DNA of 36,208 nucleotides from Rotaria socialis (Eukaryota): NCBI GenBank assembly GCA_905331295.1, contig CAJNYD010000062.1, positions 558,001 to 594,208 of the forward strand, read 5' to 3'. Shown piece by piece: positions 23,986 to 34,660 of this stretch (position 1 is its first letter; each line of letters starts with the position of its first letter). The notes under the pieces were generated by a model. It saw only the letters and a program-made list of their open reading frames with translations, ran no database searches and was not told where the DNA came from. The position numbers and the translations under genes were made by a program.

Positions 23986-25200
23986 ATGAGGCGTGTACGA
24001 AACAGATGCACAAGTCGATTTCGCTGTTCATGTATCGTTTCATGTTCTCTTATTGGATTTATATTTTTTGCTATTAAATTTAATTCAAAACAAACACAAC
24101 CATCAGTATGTGTGCCTAAAAATCCTGATAATGAAGTAATTGATCGTCAAGATGAATGGCAATATAAAAATAGTGTCACTGGTCAATGGTATCATTGGAG
24201 AACATTATATATAGAGCAAAAGAATCAAGCTGAATGGCGTGTCAATTGGCTAAATGTTGCTCCAGAATCATATCTCGGTGTTATTGTCTATCTGGCTGTA
24301 TATAGCGAAATTCAATCACTTAAAATATCACTTGCACAGTTGTCTCGTTTGCTGTCAAATAATCCAAGACCTGTTGTCATTTTTCATGAAGGTGATTTTA
24401 GTGATAATGACATTCAACAATCACTAGCTCAAACATTAGGAATTCGTACTCCATTAGCATTTGAACAGATCAAGTTTTCTAACAATTCATTTCGTACTAA
24501 ACCCGTTCATCGCCGATTCCCACCGAAGTATTTTCATATGTGCCGGTTTTTTACTTTGATGCTTCCAAGCCATCCATTATTAAGGTTATTTTCATTTTAT
24601 TGGAGACTTGATACACATTCATACATATTTGGAAGAAAACCTATTGAAGATCCATTTGATATCATGCAAAACCGAAAAATTCAATATGCTTTTACTATGG
24701 TTAATGTAGACGATGAACTTCATGCTTATGGTTTGTGGTCAATTTTTCACGAATTTCTCAAAGATCATTGTTTGGAACCTTCAACTGCTTTTCGTATTAC
24801 ACAAACTGGTTGGTTCGATAGCTATTCACTTGCAATTATTTTTACAAATTTCGCTATAGCTAATGTTTCTCTTTTTCGTGATCATTCATTAATAAGAGCT
24901 TGGCTTCATAAGGTGGATCTTAATGGTGGTATTTATCGTCATCGATGGGGTGATGCACCCATTCATACTTTAATTCTTACTCAATTAATTCCGCGAACTC
25001 AAGTTGCGCGTTTTAGGTATTTTGGCTATATGCATCGAAATGAGTATGTCTGCGCTACTGGTATAAACGGTCGTTTTTGTAAAGCACAAACAAAACCATT
25101 ATTTACCGGTCCTGAAACGAGCTATTACTATCAGCCAGCTGGATGCAATCCTCATGATGAAAATCCTTTGTGTCACTATTATCCAGAGATTACGCTATGA
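23986..25200 (+). CDS. Glycosyltransferase family 15 (KRE2/MNT1-like alpha-1,2-mannosyltransferase), type II membrane protein; CDS intronless
   Basis: Short basic N-tail followed by a TM segment. GT15 motifs Y.HMCRFF, YWRLD, DPF..M.....Y.F, NF.IA....FR and GGIYRHRWGDAPIH are present. AATAAA near 25254. Confidence 0.9.
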   Translation: MRRVRNRCTSRFRCSCIVSCSLIGFIFFAIKFNSKQTQPSVCVPKNPDNEVIDRQDEWQYKNSVTGQWYHWRTLYIEQKNQAEWRVNWLNVAPESYLGVIVYLAVYSEIQSLKISLAQLSRLLSNNPRPVVIFHEGDFSDNDIQQSLAQTLGIRTPLAFEQIKFSNNSFRTKPVHRRFPPKYFHMCRFFTLMLPSHPLLRLFSFYWRLDTHSYIFGRKPIEDPFDIMQNRKIQYAFTMVNVDDELHAYGLWSIFHEFLKDHCLEPSTAFRITQTGWFDSYSLAIIFTNFAIANVSLFRDHSLIRAWLHKVDLNGGIYRHRWGDAPIHTLILTQLIPRTQVARFRYFGYMHRNEYVCATGINGRFCKAQTKPLFTGPETSYYYQPAGCNPHDENPLCHYYPEITL

Positions 25201-25315
25201 TGTGTATGCATCGGTTAGTTTATTTTTGCTATGTGATAATACTTTTTCAATGAAATAAAATAAATCGATTGATTATCTCAGTTTAATTATTAGTTAGTTG
25301 CGAAAACCAGAAAGG

Positions 25316-25374
25316 AACCGAGGGTGTGGGTGTTGCTCAATACACTATCCACATCCACACCTACACCTTCAGTT
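25316..25374. repeat. Short imperfect hairpin with GGTGTG/CACACC units
   Basis: aaccgagggtgtgggtgt pairs with acacctacaccttcagtt (reverse complement aactgaaggtgtaggtgt). Confidence 0.6.
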
Positions 25375-25751
25375 AATCAAAATGGAACTACTAGAGTTAC
25401 GATCGATTATAGACTAAAAAAATGAAACTTAACAGATATAATATGTTCTTTGTCAGGCATCAACCCTCATGTTATCTTAATTGCACTCGAACACAAGAAA
25501 AAAAGATAGCTGAAGAGATCGTTTTTAACTGAGTTTGAGAGAAAAGATTTCATTCAATTCGATTTTGATCTCTGATACTGTCGAAATTTTAGTCCGCAAT
25601 GTTAAACGATTAAATATCCAGCAAATATTCATATTTTCGGAAGTGTAAATATCCAAAGTTCACTAAAAGATTAGTTGTAAAACTTGTCAACAAAGAAATC
25701 GACTATTTGAGATCCAAAACATTTCAAAAATGAGTGGTATGTGTATATACA

Positions 25752-25918
25752 GCTCCATATATGTCAAACTTGAATTCAATTGAAAATTGAAATTTTCAAC
25801 TTTTAAACCAATAGCATTCTGAAGAATCGTGACTCACACATATATCGCTATGCGTTCAAAGTTGAAATTTTCTATTTTCAACTGAATTCAAGTTTCAAGT
25901 TTGACACTACTGGAACAT
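25752..25918. repeat. Inverted repeat / small MITE-like palindrome
   Basis: tgtcaaacttgaattcaattgaaaattgaaattttcaacttt pairs with aaagttgaaattttctattttcaactgaattcaagttt(caagttt)gaca. Arms are about 45-50 bp. Confidence 0.75.
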
Positions 25919-26184
25919 CATAGAATGTCAAAACACGAAGTTTATGCTTTGAACAGGATGAACGACGCCGAAGCTTAATTTACTCGAAGATTAACTTCGA
26001 ATGTTGGACGAATTCTTATCATCGCTCTGAAATTTTATCTCATCCACCCTTGGGCAGTATTGAAATAGAAAAAGCATTATGTATGCCAGTTTTGATTCGT
26101 TAAATAAGATAAGAGAAGATAATAGTATTCAAATTACTTGTATTCTTTCTTTCTTTCTTTCTATTTGTTTAGTCGATTACAATA

Positions 26185-27219
26185 ATGTCCGACACTTTAG
26201 TGAATGTAACAGGATCTTATAATACAAACTCTCAGCCTCAATTGACTGCTATCAATTTATCGATTTCATTCATTCATCAAGCAATTGATGCTTTGGATAT
26301 TGATAATTCATTCTTAAGCAATCCTTTAATTATTGCTGATTTCGGTACATCACATGGCGCAAATTCAGTTTACGCTATGAAGTTAATAATTAATTGTTTG
26401 CGCGAGAAGAACAAGCTACATCGAGAGCCTCTAATTATTCATAATGATCTCCCAACAAATGATTGGAAAAAAGTTTTTCAACTTCTCATCGACGATAATT
26501 CTTACCAAGCTGTAGTTAGTGGTCATTCATTTTATGAGCAATGTTTACCAAACAATTCGCTTTCAATAGGTCATTCGTCGACATCTATACATTGGTTGTC
26601 AAAGAAACCATGTAATATTTCAAATCATTGTGTATCTTTGTTTGCTACAGGTGATGAATTGATTGCATTTCAATCACAGGCTCGTATGGATTATATGAAT
26701 TTTCTTGAAAATCGATCTCGTGAATTAATTCCAGGTGGTATTCTTATTCTTACTATACCTTCTCTTAATGATCAAGGACAGTGTGGAAATCAAAATGCAA
26801 AAGATCTTCTTTATAAATGTGCTGAGGAAATTCATTTAACAACAGAAGAATTATTTAATTATACTATTCCATCACACATTCGTTCATATAATGAATGTGT
26901 CGACGAAGAACTTTTTAATCGATATTCATTTCAATTAATAAGAGCAGAACTTCGTAATAATCTAATTAATTTCTATGAACAATTGGAAAACGGAGAAATC
27001 ACACTTGATGAATTTGCGCAAAGTCGAACAGAATTTATGCGTCCTTGGTGTGAACCAATACTGAAAACAGCTCTCGAAATGAATGAGCAGCATTCAAAAG
27101 AACTAGTCAATCAAATGTTAAACCAATATTGGATCATATATCAATCAAAAATCAAAGAAAAGCCCGACGAATATAAATCTTATTTAAGTTATACCTATTT
27201 AATTTTAAAAAAGAATTAA
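26185..27219 (+). CDS. SABATH-family SAM-dependent carboxyl methyltransferase (Methyltransf_7); CDS intronless
   Basis: 344 aa with SYNTNSQPQ, IADFGTSHGANS, HNDLPTNDW, SFYEQCLP.NS, GHSSTSIHWLS and FLENRSRELIPGG, which are the SABATH signature motifs. Confidence 0.93.
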   Translation: MSDTLVNVTGSYNTNSQPQLTAINLSISFIHQAIDALDIDNSFLSNPLIIADFGTSHGANSVYAMKLIINCLREKNKLHREPLIIHNDLPTNDWKKVFQLLIDDNSYQAVVSGHSFYEQCLPNNSLSIGHSSTSIHWLSKKPCNISNHCVSLFATGDELIAFQSQARMDYMNFLENRSRELIPGGILILTIPSLNDQGQCGNQNAKDLLYKCAEEIHLTTEELFNYTIPSHIRSYNECVDEELFNRYSFQLIRAELRNNLINFYEQLENGEITLDEFAQSRTEFMRPWCEPILKTALEMNEQHSKELVNQMLNQYWIIYQSKIKEKPDEYKSYLSYTYLILKKN

Positions 27220-30200
27220 AAGATTTTATTCAATGAAAGCAACTGCACTACTGCTCCATGTTAGAGAATAGGATGTAGTTTTATTTGTATCCACAATTTG
27301 AAATGAAAAATTTATTTATTTATTTATTAGAGGCTGATGGTGTAGATTTTTTCATAATATCCACCTTATAATTGCTATCAACAACATTCTCCCTTGATCG
27401 TTCAAGATCTAAATTGGTGAGCTGAAATATAGCCTGTAATTAATTGAGGCTATTCGTTGCATAAGTGGAATAAAATGTGCTTTGTTGCAGTAATTATTCA
27501 TATTTGTTTAGCCATTTGGCTTTCTATAGAAAAATGGAACCGCGCACTCTCCTACTTAAATTTCAATCAGCTAATTGATGGACGGAAGATATGTGTACAC
27601 ATGTTGAATCGACTATACATGTGGAATCTAATCGAACCAGAATAAATTCCATTTGATTGCCTGCCAAATTAGAATAATACAATATGCATTGAATTTAATT
27701 TAAAGCAAAAGGAAGTAGGTATTTCGCGTCAATCAATAATAGTCGATTGATTTTAGAATCGCACACCTTACTAGCATAATATTTCAACGAAAAGTATTCA
27801 TTATAAAACTAGATGATCGTGTCAGCATAACAGCCTGTTTGGCATTAAAGAAGAATGAATGCATAGTTTGAAGTCTGTTCTACAAATCAGAACATCTTTT
27901 TCACAGAGAAAAATGTCGAATTCAACAAACGATTTGAAGAGAAACATCTTCAATTTTCATAACAACGTATTGAGCTCCACTTGATAAGCCTTCTTTCTTA
28001 ATTCTTTTTATCTCCTACAACGAAGTTGACTGTATTGAGTAGATTTGTTTTTATTCAGAAGAGACGACCAGTTTTTATCAACACAACGCAAACTATCGAA
28101 TGTAACGATGTGAGATCGACACTAGAGAGCTATTGCAAGTGTCTACATTGCAAACAGGAATCTCAATTCAAAACTTTGTCGTTGGATTTCAGTTGAAAGT
28201 CGACTCACGTTTATTATCATTGCAGATCTTGCCGGGGGATAATCTACTCTTCATCATGCTCTTGATAATCTGTAAGTTGAATCAATGTATTTGCGGATAA
28301 TTATCGAGACATTTATCTTTCGATTATAGCTGTGCTACTTCTAACTAGTGGCGCAACAGCACATACATTTCGTCAATCTTTGTACTCGGGCATAGACGTA
28401 TGGACTCGGACTCGTTTTCATCGATCTGTCACTGGTAGTCAAAATATTTCAAGTAACTATCTTTAAATTCTTTCGAAGCGAGCTGGAAAGGCGGATTCCA
28501 GATTCCCATGAGAGTCTCGGAATTTTTATAATATCAAATGGCATTCCCGAAATGCATATTTTATCTCTATGATTCCCACTCTAGTCCTGAAACTCTCATA
28601 GAACTCAATGTCAAGACTTCACTGCTTTATCGCATGGCTAGAAAAGCTGTATTTAACTATTGAGGAAAATCATTTCCTAGATAAACTTTTTTCACCCGTA
28701 TACTTGACTTGTGCAGACATCGAGATTTGTCCATAGCCCATGATGTTCTTGCTTCAGATGCTGATAGATTTCATGCGCTTACCCCAAGATAGTTCACTAG
28801 GATTATCTATTTTTAAAATTCTAGACACAACCTAATTAGATGGATATGAAATTTATTTTGACAACATGCCAGTTTACTTTTTTTATTTTCAAGGGAAAAT
28901 GTTCAAGTTAGAAATATCAAATAGCAGCAATAAATAAGATAAATTAATGAGACAAAAGAAATACGTCGAATCAAATGAATCTATAGCATCTTATGTGTAA
29001 CCTTTTGTTCATTCAGCAATCTGACAGTTGAACATGCTTAAATTAATCAGAGAACAGCACAGTCTTTCTGTCTACTAAAAGACAAGAGAAAAAGAGTTTC
29101 AAAGAGAAGAAGAAACTGTCTCAGAGACTCTTATTGTATGAAATTGAGATTTATCGCTAGTTGACAACGAAGATAAATTATAAATTTTGTCTTAGGATCA
29201 GCTATAGTTTTCTGATTTAAATAAAAAAAAGTAACATTAGATTTGCAGTATTAGCTTGACTTTTGATCCAATTAGTTACAATGATTTTCGTCATATTAGA
29301 GAATACGGATTTTGTTTACACTAGACTACTACAACCGATCTACTTTGTTTTATGGAAGATTCTCTTGTTTTCTTCCGAGCGAAATTAACATAACATATTG
29401 AAAGAAGATCGTAAACTTGACAAATAGTTTTTTTTTAAATTATCAGAGAGGAGAAGATAATGAGATCATTTTGATGCTAATTGTTTCGAAGCAGTCTTTT
29501 TCTCATCCTTTATGACATTTTTGAAAGTTTTAATGAACAGTTCAACTTACTGGATTTGAATGGAGAAGAAAACAGATTTCACATGTACTGGATTATTTGA
29601 ACTTTGCTCGAATATTCGAGATCCATATCGAGTTCTGCACGTCTATTCTTTTCGCTTTCTAACTGTCTGCCTTTTTCTCAAAGATTCAGTCGATACCTCC
29701 AAGTTCTCTTTGAATTGTGAAGGTCGAGTGATATTTATTCTTCCATATAAAAAACGTAGCCTGATAATTTCTAAGTCTAAAAAAATTTTCTTATAAGATA
29801 TGTATCAATACTAGGTACACAAAAAGCTTTTCTGTTTCATTTTCCTTTGTACATGAAAGGGCAGGAAAAACCAAAGTAATTAATATCGATTAGAACTAAC
29901 ATGTTTCGTTTCCCTATTAATCATTATTTGTCAGGGTAGGAAGAATAGTGTTGACTGCAAAGCTATGACTTACCAAGTATTGATTAAAATGAAAAGTTCG
30001 CAAAATTAGTCTTCGAAGTTAGTCCCTTGGATCAATTGTAACTATGTATTTTATCTCGAAACTTACAATTGTAGTCCGATTCATGCCTCAATGAATCAAT
30101 ATGAGGGCTATTGTGCAAAGCATTTGAGATTTCTCAACTATTGGAACTGTATAAATAATTGTACTAGATTTTACGATTTGGGCCATATTGTTTCGTTAGA

Positions 30201-31078
30201 AAATAGTTGCATCTATATCCCAGAATGTTCAGTTAACGATATCGATGAGGATGTGAATCTGCACCTTCTTTCCATCCCCACGAAATATTCATACTCCAAT
30301 CCTTACTTTCTACACCCCTACATAGTTCTCTTAAAGAAATGAGTTCCAAAATATAAAATGAATAAAGTGATATTTGTTATGCATGAGTACGTAAGTTCGA
30401 AAACCAATCCTACGGCTTTTACTTAGCACCAATTAAACTAGGCTGGGTAATTCTTTTTAACTTGAGCTTCAAAATATTTTGATTTAATTTAAAAAAACTA
30501 AAAGAGTGTTCCTTATAAAAGTTATTTTCAATTGAATTTGAAAAATTATTCATTATAAAATTCAAAAATACTCTTATTTCAGCTCATATAGTTAGTTGTC
30601 TATTAAACTGCAGTTCTCTTTGGTGAAAAAAAATAAAAAAAAAAATAATTCAACATAATATCGAGGCCAAACAAATTTTGGAATTTTGAAAATGAAGTGA
30701 AAAGGAGTTTATAAGCAAACCTACTGCCACACCCTGTGAATTCCTAGATTCAATCGAAAGTATTCTTACGAGCTTTTGAGCCTTTTCAACACTTATATTC
30801 ACTACTATGTTGGTATATTAGTAGGAGTCCAGCCTACATAAATTTATCGATTATTAAAGTCGAAATATTTTGTTACATTCTGCTGATAGTCAAATTGTGG
30901 ACTACGATTATATATTTGAACTCCCACTATTAAACCAGCATACTACTAGCCAATATAAAGATTGGAAAAGCTCAAAATTTTACAAAAACAATTTCAACCA
31001 AGCTCGAGAATACAGGGAATTCTCGCTTTTCTCCATTGGTCTATAAAATCATTCAAGTATTATCTACTTCCATTCAGA

Positions 31079-32922
31079 GGGATGGGAAGCCTTTCTAGCA
31101 GCCCACATGAATATGAACCGTATTCAGCAGTCGATGCAATACATTCCTAAACATGTTCAACTAGCACTGAATGTGTTGGCATCTCGAAGAACAACAACAA
31201 ATATCATCTCAAGATTGTTGCCGAGCACATTAAAAGAAATTGAACGCCTTGGCAAATAATACGCACAATACGTTTCTCTCAGTGATGAACTTGATTGGTG
31301 AAGTTATTTCGTCAACAGAGATGACACGTGGCTCAGCTGAGACAAGGCTACGGCAAACTGAAATCGAATTAAATGCATCGCGAGTCATGCAAATCGAATT
31401 AACTAAAGTGGGTGAAACAATTCGTTCTCATTACAATTAAGCTCAAGATGCAGTTAAAATAGCTCAATCCGAGTATAGCCGTGCCTTGAACCAAATTCCG
31501 ACAGGATTCAAGGCACTATTGCTTGATTTAGGCCGTGCTGTTATCGGGCTAGTCAAGAATTTGGGAAATGCGATTATTGACGTGGGGAAAAGTATTGTCA
31601 GTGTAGCTGTGCCAGCAATGATTGGCATCGCAACTGGTGGGGTTGGACAGGGACTAGGAGCGCTCGCTGGCGGAGGGCTTGGTGCACTAGGTGGACTTGG
31701 TGCGCTTGGTGGTGGAGGGCTTAGTGGGCTAGGCGAACAGGGAGGTCTCATAGGTGGAGGAAGCGGAAGTGTGGCAAATGGTCAAGCACTAACTTTCGGC
31801 AAGCTCTTTTCAAACAGTTTCAGTGAAGTTCTTCCACAAGTGAAGGGAATTCTGAGAACAGATACCGATGTTGCTCCGGGCTCTAAAAATCCCCTCGAAT
31901 TACTAGAAGCTTATAAGATGACATTCGAAACATTTTTGTCATCATTGAAATCAGGAAAAGAAAATTCATTAAAGAATCAAGCTGACCATCTGATTAAACA
32001 AGGTGTTGATTTATTTCAAGATGTGTCCGACGAAGTCAAGAAAACTGCACGAAATGGCGAAAAGATTGATTCACAAGTTGCAAAAGGTTTCGCCGATCGT
32101 CTTGATAATCCAGCTGAACAAGCCAGACCCATGGCAGCAGCAGAGAGCATGAATGGTGCTGAAGTACCCAAAGCACCACCATCTGCTGACGGCTCGGGTG
32201 ATAGTTCACAGAACGAGAAGTTTGCGGCTCAACTGTCGTCGAATCGACTGCGCGACGCTGAAAGTCGGTATGATAAAATCTTCGAGCATCTCAAACAAAA
32301 TCAGGAAGATCTAGCTAAATTGATGGGGAAAATTGCTACATTGGACATGAATAAAGTTCATTACAAGGAATTGATTGATTTTTTGCGTGAAGCTCTTTGT
32401 TTTCTTTCCCGTGTACGGGAACAGTGGGGTCAACTTGTCTTATTTTTTGCTGAAGTTGCTACAAAAAATGAACTCATCCTTAGTGCAACACTCACACCTT
32501 TTATCAACCAAGCAAATCAAACCGACGTCCTCGCGCTTGATGAACGCCTCTTCTACGTCGATATTCTCAAAGCTCAAGCGGATGACATCGAAGTTCAATC
32601 GGGTATGCTCTGTACGATGGCTCGAACCTATTACGACATGTCGACTAGATTCATTATGCAACGTCTTGCTGGTATCTCAAAAATGCTCACTGCATCTACG
32701 GATAACGAGCGAAATAATCTCCTGGCTGAGCTGAATAGCAACACGCAAGATACACAGGCTGCAGTTCTCAGTCTCGTTGCTGAGTGAAAACGTGCTTACC
32801 AAAAGAAAGTCAAACAACGTCGCATTGAACTCGCAAATTTCATTGCCAAATTAGGCGGACCAGATGCTCAGAATCAATTGGCTATTGAAGCTGGTAAACA
32901 GCTACTTGAATCGTCGTCCTAA
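31079..32922 (+). pseudogene. Disrupted gene for a large alpha-helical/coiled-coil protein with a Gly-rich hydrophobic central segment
   Basis: The coding-like frame GWEAFLAAHMNMNRIQQSM...LKEIERL shifts frame near 31250 into ANNTHNTFLSVMNLIGEV. In-frame TAA at 31438-31440 and TGA at 32785-32787 follow, after which the frame stays open (KRAYQKKVKQRRIEL...) to TAA at 32920-32922. GC is higher than in the flanks. No recognisable 5' end. Confidence 0.75.
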
Positions 32923-33886
32923 TTATGTTGCAACTCTAGCTTGGAATCTGTTAAGAAACATTTTCTGTCAATGCTATCATGTTGTCGCTTTCTCTTCAAG
33001 GTATATATCATTCAGCTGATTTCATATTTTTGCTTGAAGAAACACGATATTATACGTGACACGATCAATTTTATGAATTTACGAGGGTGATAATGCGTTT
33101 GTTTATTAAGACTGCATTCCATTTGAAACATATAATATGACTCGTTTTGATTGTTGCTTAGACGACCAGTATAATGCATATTCTGAATCTCATACGATCT
33201 GTGAAGTGTTGAATAATAATTACAAAAACGTTGAAGAAAGTGGTTATATTCAGACAATTTTAATTGCAAAGATTTGTAAGATATACTGTCAATAAAGAAG
33301 AATTAAATTCAATAATTTGAAATAGAGGCGATGACTGTTCATGTGCATCATAGTATCGTAGTTGTCGCGATTAGTTTTCTTCTTCTATCAACGAAATTAA
33401 AATGCATAGACTTTGGTAATTTCGTCAAATATTGTTGACTTGCAAATCAATTCATATTCGACGTTCGTTGAGTGCATCAAACTTATTTTATTGATGTCTA
33501 GATATAATGATCTCTAAAAATGAATATTAGATAATGTATTGTGTCATCACACTGTCGCCATTAATCTCATCAAAACAAAACTTAATAGGCAGATCCAAAA
33601 TGCAAACAATTTTCATATGATGAAAATTATGATCATGAATGATATATCCCCGTAAGAATATCTATAGTAATAAAAAGAAAACGCATTAATTTTTTTATTT
33701 TGCATTTCTATCTTTTGTGCAGCTCAACTATATCGCAACGATGATTAAGACAAGAGCTTGATTAAATAAAAATACATTCTTACACTTAGATTCAAATGAT
33801 ACTCATTTAGTTCCAAAATTTTATGATTTACATCCCAAGGAAGAAAAATTTTGTTCAAAATAAATGTGAGAACTCATGATACAAAT

Positions 33887-34070
33887 CAGAGGTGCCAGAT
33901 GGGTTGGGTCGTCACCGCTACCCACCGGGTTGGGTGACCCATGGGCCAACCCTAACCCAACCTAATGTAGTCCTCCGGTAATTTGAGAATTTTAAACCCT
34001 GACCCATCGGTCAAGCTTAACGCATGAACCCAATCGACCAACCCTCGGGTTACCCTTGTGTTAGCCCATG
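33887..34070. mobile_element. Probable DNA-transposon end (hAT-like) with GGGTT/AACCC subterminal repeats
   Basis: Abrupt GC-rich start CAGAGGTGCCAGATGGGTTGGG, followed by many GGGTT, AACCC and GACCC units in both orientations. The partner end was not found and may lie in the gap. Confidence 0.5.
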
Positions 34071-34209
34071 AATAATATATATAGTAAAATCATTCACAAA
34101 AAGGGTTTTTAATGCAATGTCGTTACAATACAGCATAGAGCATGAATAATCTCTTCCATATTTATTTGATCGCATAATCCAACTTAAAACACAAGAAGCG
34201 CATTGCACC

Positions 34210-34320
34210 TTCTTTTGCTCTCTGTTCTCTCTCTCTTGCAATCTCACTTTCTTCTCTCTTATCCTCTCCTATCTTCTCCTTTCTTCCCTTCTCTGTTTTA
34301 GGTCTATTGTTCTCCTTCGC
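34210..34320. repeat. CT-rich low-complexity tract
   Basis: Polypyrimidine run (ctctctctc, ttctcctttcttcccttctct). Confidence 0.6.
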
Positions 34321-34428
34321 CAATCGAGGTAGATTTCACTATCTTCTTTACTAGATTTTTGTTTTTGCCTTCTATATTTTTCGATTCCTTTTGTTCCGCA
34401 TACATCTATAACTCTTTGTATGTAGAGC

Positions 34429-34528
34429 NNNNNNNNNNNNNNNNNNNNNNNNNNNNNNNNNNNNNNNNNNNNNNNNNNNNNNNNNNNNNNNNNNNNNNNN
34501 NNNNNNNNNNNNNNNNNNNNNNNNNNNN
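34429..34528. other. Assembly gap (100 N)
   Basis: A run of N. Single Ns also occur at 4573 and 22985. Confidence 0.99.
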
Positions 34529-34660
34529 TATTGGGAATGTGGAATGACGAAAGAGTATGAACAAGGTATGAATATGGTTAATGCAGCAAAACAACAAGGT
34601 GTGAGGCATTTTATTTGGAGCAGTTTGCCTGATACAAAGGCGATTTCTACTGTTGTATGA
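34529..34660 (+). pseudogene. NmrA-like (atypical SDR) gene fragment next to the gap
   Basis: YWECGMTKEYEQGMNMVNAAKQQGVRHFIWSSLPDTKAIS matches the NmrA-like motif E..QG...DAAK..GV.HF(I/V)WSSL. No downstream HFDxK exon was recognised. Not in the ORF track. Confidence 0.7.

Noticed and set aside
27457..30342. Short ORFs and possible decayed coding or TE fragments (for example attccc repeats near 28490-28580)
   Set aside because: No motif, splice model or terminal repeats could be supported.
31464..31751. Pro/Ser-rich 95-aa minus-strand ORF
   Set aside because: It is the antisense shadow of the Gly-rich segment of the plus-strand gene.
33012..33269. 85-aa minus-strand ORF
   Set aside because: Non-ATG start and no recognisable domain. 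It may be a relic, but this is unsupported.
33940..33965. ccctaaccc telomere-like (TTAGGG) sequence
   Set aside because: Only about one unit is present, embedded in GGGTT/AACCC subterminal repeats of a probable transposon end.
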